From an uncultured Mailhella sp. (GTDB taxonomy: Bacteria; Desulfobacterota; Desulfovibrionia; Desulfovibrionales; Desulfovibrionaceae), in the NCBI GenBank assembly GCA_944323575.1, contig CALUTB010000002.1, positions 689-64,688 of the forward strand: a DNA stretch of 64,000 nucleotides, in the 5' to 3' direction. Under the pieces are notes generated by a model. That model worked only from the letters and a program-made list of their open reading frames with translations. It did not search any database and had not been told where the DNA came from. Positions 17,095 through 26,452 of the stretch are shown here, piece after piece (position 1 is the stretch's first letter; each line of letters begins with the position of its first letter). The position numbers were made by a program, and so were the translations under genes.

Positions 17095-19812
17095 ATGCGG
17101 AGCGTGCCGGAACTGCCGTCGCTTCTATTCCGTCAGAGATTTCTTCTCGCCGTGCTGGCCGGTTCCGCAGCCACGCGGGATGCCGTGTTCGGCGTTGCGC
17201 TCCTTCTTCTTTTGCTGATGGTGCCGGCACGGACGGCATGGCCCAGGATCGCGGCGCAGGCAGCGGCCTTTCTGCTGGGAAGCGTCGTGACGCTGACGGC
17301 GTCTCCCTCGCCGGAAAATTGCCCGTCATGGGCGTCGGTACCGCGCAGAAACGTGCTTGCGGAAGGTCGTATTGTGTCGGTGTCGGGACTGCCCGGAGAG
17401 CGGATCCGCGTCATTCTGGAGAAGATGCATCCTATCGACATACCCCGTCACCTGTCTTCCGAAACCGCGGCCGACGTGGCCAAGGCACTGAAACGGGAGG
17501 TGCCCGAGGAACTGTCCGGCGGCAGAAAGGGGTATCCCGGCAAGGTCTTTGAAAGCAGCGATGCGCCGGTTCCCGGTCGCGTGAGCATGACGCTGTATGC
17601 CTCGGATCTCAAAAACGTCGGACGTCCGGTACCGGGCGGCACGCTGCGGGCCCTCCTGCGGCTGTATCCGTCCGTGGGCAGCGTGAATCCGGGCACGTCC
17701 GATCTCGGCGTATACTGGGCGGACAAGGATGTCTGGCATAATGCGCGTCTGAACAGAACCCGTACCGGTCCTCTTTTTCTGGAGATGGGCGAGGGGAGCG
17801 GTTTTCTGTGGCATCTGGAGCTTCTCCGCCTGCAATGGCTTGAGGCTCTGCAGAACGCGCTTGCCGAAGATGCCGGAGACGCTGCGCAGAAAGGCTCCGG
17901 CAGCGCCGATGTCTGGAGCGGGGAAAGCTCCGTCCCCTTTTCTCAGGGGAGGGCCATGCTCGTGGCGCTGCTGTTCGGTGACCGTTCCGGGCTGTCCGCA
18001 AGAACGGTGGATCTGTTTACGCGGGCGGGACTCGTTCATTCCCTCTCGCTGTCGGGCCAGCATCTGGCGCTGGCAGCCATGGCGGGAACGGCCTTTGCCG
18101 GAGTTCTTGTTTTTCTGTCCCGCAGGGCGTTGCTTTTTGCTCCCCGCCGCGTGCTCGTGGTGTCGGCGGGTGTGCCTTTCGCCTTGGCCTATCTCTTTCT
18201 CGGCGGTGCGCCGTTTTCTCTGATTCGGGCGGCGTTCATGATGTTGGCAGGCGCCTTCTTTCTCTGTCTGCGACGCAGCGCGGCTCCGCTGGACGCTCTG
18301 TTTGCCGCCTGTCTTTTTCTGTTCATCGGCTGGCCGCTGGTGGTCTTCGATCTTTCCGTGCAGCTTTCCGTGCTTGCCGTGGCGGGCATCATGCTTTCCA
18401 TGCCGCTGGTTTCCGCGCTCGGAAAACGTTTTTCTCCGCCCGAAGGAGGAGGCACCGGAACCGTTGTTTCTCTGCGTCGCGCCTGCCGGGCACTGATCCG
18501 CTGGACGGGAACCATGCTTCTGCTTTCTCTTGCGGCGCAGGCGGCTGTCCTGCCGGTGCTGATCATGGTTTTCGGCGTGGTGGGCCTGAATGTCTGGATG
18601 AATCTTGTCTGGCTTCCGCCGTTGACCTTCGTGACGCTGCCGTGTGCGGCGTTGGGACTGGTCTTCCTTGTGCTTTTCGGTGCCCAGCCCGTGTCGTCGC
18701 TGCTCTTTTCCATGGCGGCATGGCCGGCGGATGCCATGATAGCTCTGCTGGCCGTCGCGGATCAGGGCGGATGGATTCCTCTGATGCAGTGTTTTCGACC
18801 GTCGTCGCTGAGCGCGCTCGGCTACGGAGTGCTGCTTGCCGCACTCATGATCCGGCTTGGCGCGGCGCTGCACGGACGGCCGTGCGGCGCCGCGGTCAGG
18901 CGTCTCATGCTGATGGGGATGCTCTTTCTGCCCGCCGGTCAGCTTCCGACGTGGCTGGAGGAACATGAGGCCGACAGGGAACGGCGTGTTGTGATGACGG
19001 TTCTCGACGTCGGACAGGGGCAGGCAGTTCTTCTGGATTATCCGGGCGGAAGAATGCTGGTGGACGGCGGCGGCAGTTCTTCTCCCTTTTTCGACTACGG
19101 ACGCAGCATCGTGGCGCCGGCGCTGACGTACCGGCATCTTCCGCGTCTTGATGCCGTGGTGGTCAGTCACACCGACATGGATCATGCGCGGGGTCTGCGC
19201 TGGATTCTGGAATATTTCGACGTGGGCTGTCTGTACTGGTCTTCCTATTCTGCCGCTGACGACTCCTCCGACGGAAAGGCGTTGCGTGAAATCGCACGGC
19301 GGAGAGGCATTCCGGAAAGGATTCTGACACGTGGAGACGTGCTGGAACCGGCGGAAGGCATACGTCTCGAAGTGGTCTGGCCGGATGAGACGATACTATC
19401 CTCCTTCCGTCCGCGCGGGAACGTTTCCGGCAACGAGGCATCTCTTGCCATGCGCCTGACGCGCGACGGCCGGGGACTGGCGCTGCTGTGCGGCGACATG
19501 ACCACGCCGGCGCTGCGCCGTCTTGCGGAAAGCGGTCAGCCTCTGCATGCGGACGTGCTGGTGCTGCCGCATCATGGCGCGACGTCATCCTTTCAGAAAA
19601 AATTCTACGACGTTGTCGATCCAGACTGTGTCATGGCATCAGCAGCTTCGTATAATCACTACGGATTCCCCGGCAGAAAGGTGCGCGAGGAGATGCGGGA
19701 GCGGGGCATTCCGCTCTACAGCACCACCATGCTCGGCGGCATGCGGGTGTTCTGGGAAGGAGACGGCAGGAACATGAGGGGGCCGGTGTCGGACAAGGGG
19801 GTCTTCCACTGA
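17095..19812 (+). CDS. comEC: DNA internalization-related competence protein ComEC/Rec2
   Basis: 905-aa ORF with an N-terminal TM/DUF4131-like region, a polytopic competence domain (GLVHSLSLSGQHLA) and a C-terminal MBL domain (VLDVGQGQAVLL..VVSHTDMDHARGL..LPHHG). Confidence 0.85.
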   Translation: MRSVPELPSLLFRQRFLLAVLAGSAATRDAVFGVALLLLLLMVPARTAWPRIAAQAAAFLLGSVVTLTASPSPENCPSWASVPRRNVLAEGRIVSVSGLPGERIRVILEKMHPIDIPRHLSSETAADVAKALKREVPEELSGGRKGYPGKVFESSDAPVPGRVSMTLYASDLKNVGRPVPGGTLRALLRLYPSVGSVNPGTSDLGVYWADKDVWHNARLNRTRTGPLFLEMGEGSGFLWHLELLRLQWLEALQNALAEDAGDAAQKGSGSADVWSGESSVPFSQGRAMLVALLFGDRSGLSARTVDLFTRAGLVHSLSLSGQHLALAAMAGTAFAGVLVFLSRRALLFAPRRVLVVSAGVPFALAYLFLGGAPFSLIRAAFMMLAGAFFLCLRRSAAPLDALFAACLFLFIGWPLVVFDLSVQLSVLAVAGIMLSMPLVSALGKRFSPPEGGGTGTVVSLRRACRALIRWTGTMLLLSLAAQAAVLPVLIMVFGVVGLNVWMNLVWLPPLTFVTLPCAALGLVFLVLFGAQPVSSLLFSMAAWPADAMIALLAVADQGGWIPLMQCFRPSSLSALGYGVLLAALMIRLGAALHGRPCGAAVRRLMLMGMLFLPAGQLPTWLEEHEADRERRVVMTVLDVGQGQAVLLDYPGGRMLVDGGGSSSPFFDYGRSIVAPALTYRHLPRLDAVVVSHTDMDHARGLRWILEYFDVGCLYWSSYSAADDSSDGKALREIARRRGIPERILTRGDVLEPAEGIRLEVVWPDETILSSFRPRGNVSGNEASLAMRLTRDGRGLALLCGDMTTPALRRLAESGQPLHADVLVLPHHGATSSFQKKFYDVVDPDCVMASAASYNHYGFPGRKVREEMRERGIPLYSTTMLGGMRVFWEGDGRNMRGPVSDKGVFH

Positions 19813-20011
19813 TCCTTCTCAAGGAGTGTCGTCCGTTCGGAAAATGCGCGGTGCGTGTCAGGGATGCACGTACGGCAGACGCATGAGAAGAGATCTTCCT
19901 GCTTACCGTCCATGGGCGATGCCTGAAAGAGCCTTGAAGGGGAGCGGAGCGCGGAAGAGGAAGAACGCAGTCATTGACGGATCAGGTGGCCGGGGGCGCA
20001 CGTCTTTCCGG

Positions 20012-20494
20012 TCATACGTGTTCTCTGATGTCCATGCCCATGCCGCGCAGTTCCTCCACCAGCGTTCGTGCAAGAACGGGAAGGGCATCGAGGCAGACGG
20101 GAGAAAGGCCAAGCTGCATGGTCTGGTAGTCGGCAGGCTCCATGCCGAAGACGACGCCTTCGGGTCGGTGTCCGAGGATGTCGCAGTAGATGAGCGTGTC
20201 CACAAGATCGGTCTGATGCAGGGAGTCGCGGAAGCTCATGCTCTTGCGCAGGTCATTGTCCGTCAGTCGATACACGCTGCCGGGTTTTCCGTCTCCGCGC
20301 ACGGCGTCGAGAACATAGACGCGGTCGGTCTGCAGCAGCGCATCCATAAGTCCCATGCCCAGGGTTCCTCCGTCCACGAGCGTGACGTTTCCGGGGAAGA
20401 CATAGTGGTTCTGCAGCCACTCGACGGCGCGCACGCCGATGCCTTCGTCGGTGAAGAGAATGTTGCCTACGCCAAGAATGAGAATGCGTTCCAT
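20012..20494 (-). CDS. [NiFe]-hydrogenase maturation endopeptidase (HyaD/HybD/HynC type)
   Basis: The track ORF is 20012..20662. The start is trimmed to the ATG at 20494: MERILILGVGNILFTDEGIGVRAVEWL..VDGGTLG..DAV..HQ. About 160 aa, immediately downstream of the large subunit. Confidence 0.85.
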   Translation of the reverse strand: MERILILGVGNILFTDEGIGVRAVEWLQNHYVFPGNVTLVDGGTLGMGLMDALLQTDRVYVLDAVRGDGKPGSVYRLTDNDLRKSMSFRDSLHQTDLVDTLIYCDILGHRPEGVVFGMEPADYQTMQLGLSPVCLDALPVLARTLVEELRGMGMDIREHV

Positions 20495-20722
20495 GGAAAT
20501 CTCGGAAAAGGAAGAACGGACGAGAAAGAAAGGATGGGTCGGAAAAGCCGATGCGGCAGAAGAGCGGGAGAATGGACCGCGGTCCGGAAAAAGACACCGC
20601 GGAAAGACGCCGCATGGTCGCCCTGAGGAGCGTAATGGGACGGGTATGCCCCGAACGGACATCGGGGCATGCGGAGGACATGAAAAAAGGGAGAAGGTTC
20701 CCCTCCTCCCCTTTATCAGTCT

Positions 20723-22402
20723 TTACAGGACCTTGAAGTCGTACACCTGATTGGTGCGGCCGTCGATGACATGCACGCCGCAGGCGATGCACGGATCGAA
20801 GGAGTGCACGGTGCGCAGGATTTCCACAGGTCTTCTGGGATCGGCCACAGGCGTGCCCACGAGGGCGGCTTCCACAGCGGAGAGCTTGCCTTCGGCGCAG
20901 CGGGGGCCGAGGTTCCAGGTGGAGGGCACCACGAGCTGGAAGTTGGCAATTCTGCCCTTTTCAATGACGATCCAGTGGGACAGACCGCCGCGGGGAGCAT
21001 GCACGAAGCCTACGCCTTCGGCGTTCTGCGGCACTTCGGTGTTGATGCAGATCCTGGTGTCGCCCTTGGCGATGTTGTCTTCAAGTTCCTGCAGCCACTG
21101 GCCGATGCCGTTGGCCACGACCACAGCTTCCACGCCGCGGGCGGCGGTACGGCCGAGCGTGGAGAACAGTGCTTCGGGACCGGTATTCAGTGCCTTGAGC
21201 ACGGTGTTCACGGTGGAGGTTACGAGCTTGTCGCCCTGGGCGTAGGAGATGAGCATCTGAGCAAGGGGACCGGTTTCCACGGCATGGCCGTCATAGCGGG
21301 GAGCCTTCATCCAGGAGTAGCGGTCGGTATCGCCCATCTTGGTGAAGAGAGGATTGGTCACCCCCTGATAGGGAGTGCGGGCCTCGTCGCCTTCGTACCA
21401 GCTGTGACGCACGTGTTCGGAGATCTTGGAGGCGTCGAAGGGCAGAACCGTGCTGAGATCACGGTTGTAGATGACGCCGGGCTTGAGCCAGCGGGTGGCA
21501 AGATCGCGTTCCTGTCCCGGGAATTCGCCGAAGTCCATATAGTCGGACACGCCGCCGCCGATGGAGGCCCAGTCCTTGTAGGCTCCGGCCACCAGAAGCA
21601 GGTCGGGAATGTAGACCTGTTCCACAAAGGAGCGGGCTTTCTGATAGAGGGTCTTGAACTGGGCGATGGTGTCGGGACGAAGGGCGTTGTAGCAGGTTAC
21701 GCCGCCGGCCACGAGGAACTGCGGATGCGGGTTCTTGGCGCCGAACACGGCCGTGGCACGGGCGATTTCCACCTGAACGCGCAGAGCTTCCAGATAGTGA
21801 GCCGTGGCCACGAGATTGGCTTCGGGTTCCAGATAGTAGGAAGGATGGCCGCCGAGGAAGTAGGCGTTGGTGAAGGGACCGAGCTGGCCGCTTTCCACAA
21901 GAGCCTTGACCTTGGCCTGCACGGCGCGCAGTTCTTCCTCGCTGGTGGGACGGGGAGAGATGGAGGCGTTCAGCTTGGCGGCCTTGGCGGGATCGGCTTT
22001 GATGGCGGACGCCACGTCGACGAAGTCGAGGGCGTGCAGATGATAGAAGTGCACCACATGGTCGTGCAGATTCTGCATGCCCAGCACCAGGTTGCGGATC
22101 AGCGAGGCGTTGCGGGGCAGCTCGATCTTCATGGCGTCTTCCAGAGCACGGGTGGACGCCAGAGCATGGGTGTAGGTGCACACGCCGCAGGTGCGGGCGG
22201 TGAAGAACTGGGCGTCGCGGGGATCGCGGCCCTTGAGAATGGTTTCCAGTCCGCGGAACAGGGTGGAGCAGCTTCTGGCGTCCTTGACCCGGCCGTTTTC
22301 GACTTCCACCTCGATGCGGAGATGGCCCTCGATGCGGGTGAGCGGATCCACCACGATGGGTCCGGTATAGGAACTCTGGGGAGTAGTTTTTGCTTCGCTC
22401 AT
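20723..22402 (-). CDS. Periplasmic [NiFe] hydrogenase large subunit
   Basis: 559-aa ORF with the N-terminal RIEGH..RTCGVCT motif and the C-terminal DPCIACGVH motif. All Ni ligands are Cys and there is no in-frame TGA, so it is not the [NiFeSe] type. Confidence 0.95.
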   Translation of the reverse strand: MSEAKTTPQSSYTGPIVVDPLTRIEGHLRIEVEVENGRVKDARSCSTLFRGLETILKGRDPRDAQFFTARTCGVCTYTHALASTRALEDAMKIELPRNASLIRNLVLGMQNLHDHVVHFYHLHALDFVDVASAIKADPAKAAKLNASISPRPTSEEELRAVQAKVKALVESGQLGPFTNAYFLGGHPSYYLEPEANLVATAHYLEALRVQVEIARATAVFGAKNPHPQFLVAGGVTCYNALRPDTIAQFKTLYQKARSFVEQVYIPDLLLVAGAYKDWASIGGGVSDYMDFGEFPGQERDLATRWLKPGVIYNRDLSTVLPFDASKISEHVRHSWYEGDEARTPYQGVTNPLFTKMGDTDRYSWMKAPRYDGHAVETGPLAQMLISYAQGDKLVTSTVNTVLKALNTGPEALFSTLGRTAARGVEAVVVANGIGQWLQELEDNIAKGDTRICINTEVPQNAEGVGFVHAPRGGLSHWIVIEKGRIANFQLVVPSTWNLGPRCAEGKLSAVEAALVGTPVADPRRPVEILRTVHSFDPCIACGVHVIDGRTNQVYDFKVL

Positions 22403-22416
22403 GATGGCATTACTCG

Positions 22417-23367
22417 CTAGTTTTCATAGAAGGGGGTCATCTTGTCCCAGAAGTTCGGTTCGGAACAGCCGATGCAGGGATGACCGGCGGCTACGGGCCA
22501 GTTCACGTCGTTGAACAGAGCCTTGGGGCAGTTGTTGTAGGTCACCGGACCCTTGCAGCCGAGCTTGTAGAGGCACCAGCCCTTGCGGGCTTCTTCGGAG
22601 TCGAAGGAAGGAGCGAATTCCCCGGCTTCAAAGTGGGGCAGACGTTCGCACAGTTCGTGCACGGTGTGTCCGTAGAAGGCCAGAGGACGGTTCAGCGCGT
22701 CGAGCTCCAGCTTCGCGCCGGAGAGCACAGCGGCGATGGTGCCGATGAGGTTCAGCGGATTGGGCGGGCAGCCGGGCACGTTGACGGCCTTGATGCCGAG
22801 ATCGGCAAAGCAGTCGTTGACGCCCTTGCAGCCGGAAGGATTGGGTGCTGCGGAGGGAATGCCGCCGAAGCAGGCGCAGGTGCCGTAGGAGATGACGGCC
22901 TTGGCGCCGGGCAGCACCTCCTTGTTGATGGCGTACATGGTCTTGCCGCCGATGGTGCCGTACAGACCGTCCATGGCCGTGGGAATGGCGCCTTCCACGA
23001 TGCACACATATCCGTTGGGATTCTTCATGGCCATGTGCAGGGCATCTTCGGCAGCTTCGCCGGCCGCAGCCATGATGGTTTCCTGATAGTCAAGGGAGAT
23101 GGTATCGAGGATGAGTTCATCAAGGAAGGGCTTGCTGGTGCGCAGCAGCGCTTCCGTGCAGCCGGTGCACTCCGCATCGTGCAGATAGATGACCGCGGGA
23201 CGGGCGGCGGACGTGAGCGCTTTTGCCACGGCGGGAGCAAACGAAGGCCCCATGCCCAGGGCCACAGCCACAGTGGAACAGAATTTCAGAAAGTCGCGGC
23301 GCGATACGCCCCGTTTTTCAAGGCGTTCTTCCGCGCCTTCTTTCCCCAGACCGATGGAGATTTGCAT
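22417..23367 (-). CDS. [NiFe] hydrogenase small subunit (Tat signal)
   Basis: 316-aa ORF with a twin-arginine leader ([16 protein letters not shown]...AKA) and FeS ligand motifs ([27 protein letters not shown]). AGGAGG RBS. Confidence 0.95.
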   Translation of the reverse strand: MQISIGLGKEGAEERLEKRGVSRRDFLKFCSTVAVALGMGPSFAPAVAKALTSAARPAVIYLHDAECTGCTEALLRTSKPFLDELILDTISLDYQETIMAAAGEAAEDALHMAMKNPNGYVCIVEGAIPTAMDGLYGTIGGKTMYAINKEVLPGAKAVISYGTCACFGGIPSAAPNPSGCKGVNDCFADLGIKAVNVPGCPPNPLNLIGTIAAVLSGAKLELDALNRPLAFYGHTVHELCERLPHFEAGEFAPSFDSEEARKGWCLYKLGCKGPVTYNNCPKALFNDVNWPVAAGHPCIGCSEPNFWDKMTPFYEN

Positions 23368-23693
23368 AAGGCCCTCCTGGCGCTGATAGACAGGACTTTT
23401 CCGCGAGGGCTTCCAAGGCGGCGGGAAGATCGCGGTTGTTGCCGTTGGCTAGGAACAAGTCATGCCCTGCGGCATGAACTTCTTCTGATATGATATTACT
23501 TTATTTCCGACTCTAACATCAGAGCAGGGGCAGGTCAACCGAAGAGAATCTTTTTTTCAAAGAAATGATAGAAAAATCACATGGTTCCACATATCGGAAG
23601 CTGAGCGCGCAAGTGTGGGAGATGACAGTCTTTTTCCTTTTGCGGCGAGCTTTTCCGATGTCTGCGCGGAAACATTCCTTCCGTGTTGCCTGA

Positions 23694-24722
23694 TCAGCGG
23701 AGCATGGACTTCAGTTCTGCAAGAACATTTTCCGGTTCGATGCCCGCGATGCAGGCATAGTTGCGGCTGCAGGCGTCCGCCCCGTGCAGGGAACAGGGAC
23801 GGCAGGCCATGGGAAGCTGAAGCACGCGGTCGTGTTCGCCGGAGGGGAAGAATCCCCACTCCCGGCAGGTGGGGCCGAACATGGCGAGTACGGGAGTGTC
23901 CACGGCCGTTGCGATGTGCATGGGGCCGGAATCACCGGTAATGAGCACGTCCGCCTCATGGATCAGGGCGAACAGTTCGCGCAGGCCGGTATCGTTGACG
24001 AAACTGTGCGATGATTCCTGCGAGGGGAAGCCTTCACCCTGTCCCACCCAGAAATAGTCGATGTCTTCCTGTTCGAGCAGAGCGGCGAGACGCAGCCATC
24101 TGTCCGGCGGCCAGGTCTTGGCCGCATGGGTAGCAAAGGGATGCAGGGCGATGAGGGGCCTTCCGTTATGCCGGAGGGGCGCGAGTTCGGCGGCGGCAGC
24201 CGCCTTTTCTTCGTCGGAGAGGAAGATGCGTGGTCTGAGTTCTGCGGCGGAGGGAACGTTTTCCTTGTCGTAGAGACCGATGGCGTAACGCTGAGGCACA
24301 TTGAAGCGTCGCAGCTGTTCCCCGAAAAAGCGGCCCCGGCTCAGAAGAAAGATGCGGCGGGCCAGCGACATCTTGCTGTAGCAGATGATGGCGTCGCGCC
24401 AGATTCTGGCCAGCATGGCCGATCGCAGATTGCGGTGCAGATCGAGCAGGGGGGAGTCGCGATATTTTTCCATGAGTCCGCGGAAGTTCATGGCCTGCGT
24501 CTGACCGTGCAGATCGTTCTCGTCGAAGCCGATGACATTGAGCACGGCGGGATGTCCGGCAAAGACCGGCTCAAAGGCCTCCTTCGTGATGACGGTGAAC
24601 ATGGTGCCGTGCTTTTTGTGCCAGTCGAGCAGTACGCCCGTGGTAAGCACGACGTCGCCGAGGGAGCTGAAGCGCACGACCACCATGTGTCTGTTGTTGA
24701 TTCTGGAAGAGTAACGCGCCAT
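23694..24722 (-). CDS. Glycosyltransferase family 9 (LPS heptosyltransferase-like)
   Basis: The track ORF is 23694..24782. Motifs: MVVVRFSSLGDVVLTTGVL..., C-terminal GDSGPMHIATAVDTPVLAMFGPT. The start is uncertain (24722 or 24686). Confidence 0.75.
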   Translation of the reverse strand: MARYSSRINNRHMVVVRFSSLGDVVLTTGVLLDWHKKHGTMFTVITKEAFEPVFAGHPAVLNVIGFDENDLHGQTQAMNFRGLMEKYRDSPLLDLHRNLRSAMLARIWRDAIICYSKMSLARRIFLLSRGRFFGEQLRRFNVPQRYAIGLYDKENVPSAAELRPRIFLSDEEKAAAAAELAPLRHNGRPLIALHPFATHAAKTWPPDRWLRLAALLEQEDIDYFWVGQGEGFPSQESSHSFVNDTGLRELFALIHEADVLITGDSGPMHIATAVDTPVLAMFGPTCREWGFFPSGEHDRVLQLPMACRPCSLHGADACSRNYACIAGIEPENVLAELKSMLR

Positions 24723-24888
24723 GCGGACCTGCCTGTGACAAGATGATGCTGAAGAAGGACGGACTCGTGGAGGAGACTTCATTTCCGTGTCGTCGCCGCC
24801 GGTCTCCCCGTCGGGGAAGCCGCCGCGTCTTTCTTTGTATGTTTCAAGCCGTGATGCGTCAACAGCCGGGCGCCGCAGAACGGGAAAA

Positions 24889-24917
24889 GCAAAAAGGCCC
24901 GGAATGCGTCCGGGCCT
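24889..24917 (-). terminator. Intrinsic terminator downstream of upp
   Basis: The minus strand reads AGGCCCGGA-cgcat-TCCGGGCCT followed by TTTTTGCTTTTC. Confidence 0.7.
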
Positions 24918-24971
24918 TAGGGAAGGATGCGGGGAAACGTCGGACGTGTTCCGGCGTTCGGAAAAAGATCG

Positions 24972-25598
24972 TTATCTTGTGCCGAAGATGCGGTCGCCCG
25001 CATCCCCGAGGCCGGGAATGATGTAGCCGTTCTCGTTGAGATGGGAGTCAAGGGCCGCGGCGTAGATTTCCACGTCGGGGTGCTTGTCGAGCACTGCCTT
25101 CACGCCTTCGGGTGCGGCTACGAGGTTGAGGGAGCAGATCTGCCTGCAGCCGTTCTTCTTGAGCACGTCGATGGCAGCGATGAGCGATCCGCCGGTGGCG
25201 AGCATGGGATCAAGAATGAAGGCCACGCGCTGGTCGATGCGACGGGCCAGCTTCTTGTAGTATTCCACGGGTTCCAGAGTCTCCTCGTTGCGGTACATGC
25301 CGAGCACGCTGATCTTTGCGCCGGGCACCATGTCGAGTACACCGTCCATGAGACCAAGACCGGCGCGCAGAATGGGAACGATGGTGATCATCTTGCCCGC
25401 GAGATAATCCACTTCCACCTGTCCGGCCCAGCCCTTGACCATCTTCTTCTCGGTGGGAAGATTTTTGGTGGCCTCATAGGTGAGAAGGCGGGCCACTTCC
25501 TTGGCCAGCATGCGGAATTCGCTGGTGGAGGTGCTTTCCTTGCGGAGCAGACCGAGCTTGTGACGGATGAGCGGGTGATCGACGATATGCAGAGCCAT
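24972..25598 (-). CDS. upp: Uracil phosphoribosyltransferase
   Basis: Start trimmed to ATG at 25598, giving 208 aa: [52 protein letters not shown]. Confidence 0.95.
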   Translation of the reverse strand: MALHIVDHPLIRHKLGLLRKESTSTSEFRMLAKEVARLLTYEATKNLPTEKKMVKGWAGQVEVDYLAGKMITIVPILRAGLGLMDGVLDMVPGAKISVLGMYRNEETLEPVEYYKKLARRIDQRVAFILDPMLATGGSLIAAIDVLKKNGCRQICSLNLVAAPEGVKAVLDKHPDVEIYAAALDSHLNENGYIIPGLGDAGDRIFGTR

Positions 25599-26101
25599 GG
25601 CGAAAATCCTTGTTAGAGGGGGGCAGTGCGCAGGAACAGGGTCGCAGAGTATGATGACGTTATATCCGGGGCGATGCACGGCGTCAAGGCGCACGTCGGA
25701 AGTTTTCAGCCTGCATCTGATTGCTTTTTTTATATTTTCTGTCTGTCCGTCGCAGGCATTTTTTTCATGTGTGGAGCGATTTTTTACTGTCGGAGCATTC
25801 CTGTCCCGGGCGGGACGGCATACGTTTTTTATGGTTTCATAGAGGGCGTAGCTGAATAAAATGTGCGATTTTTCGCACAGAAAGGACTTTTATTGTATGA
25901 AATTCTTCACATCTGCGGGTGTCGTATTCAAAAAGCAAAGCATTGATAATATATTGAAAATAAAAAAGGTAACATATTGATAATGTACTAAAAATAAAGC
26001 GGCATGATTTTTGCTAGATGGTTTGAGATTTTTTCATTTCTTCTGTTCGTGCTGTCCTTGTTTCGGGCCGCATGCAGAATAACTTTTCAGGAGGTTTTGC
26101 C

Positions 26102-26425
26102 GTGAACAGTTTCTGGAAAAAGGCTGCCGGTTCTCTTGTTCTGACCATGCTTGTTCCTTTCGGGGCCATGGCTGCAGAAGATTCCATCAGCTTCAACAAG
26201 GCTCCCGCAGATATTCTGGTGGAAGCGACTGACGGCATTGTGGACGAGGAACTGGCCAAGGCCATTGTCGCCTACAGAGAAAAGAACGGTCCGTTCAAAA
26301 CCGCTTCGGATTTGCGCAAGGTTCCCGGCATGACGTCCGTGACGTTCGGCATGCTCGGCCCGGTGGAAGAAGACGGTGACGTTGTGTACGAGGCCGTCAT
26401 TCCCACCGGTATGCACAGCTACTAG
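26102..26425 (+). CDS. Secreted helix-hairpin-helix (ComEA-like) domain protein
   Basis: The track ORF starts at 26072. I prefer GTG at 26102, 7 nt after AGGAGG (26089-26094). Signal peptide VNSFWKKAAGSLVLTMLVPFGAMA/AEDS. HhH-like segment IVAYREKNGPFKTASDLRKVPGMT. Confidence 0.6.
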   Translation: MNSFWKKAAGSLVLTMLVPFGAMAAEDSISFNKAPADILVEATDGIVDEELAKAIVAYREKNGPFKTASDLRKVPGMTSVTFGMLGPVEEDGDVVYEAVIPTGMHSY

Positions 26426-26452
26426 AAACAGGGAAGAAAGAGGAGAAGGAGT

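Noticed and set aside
20723-22402. The possibility of a selenocysteine-containing [NiFeSe] hydrogenase or other recoded TGA in the hydrogenase or Hdr genes.
   Set aside because: The large subunit is an uninterrupted ORF ending in DPCIACGVH with Cys at the position that would be Sec. HdrA and the Flx proteins are also uninterrupted.
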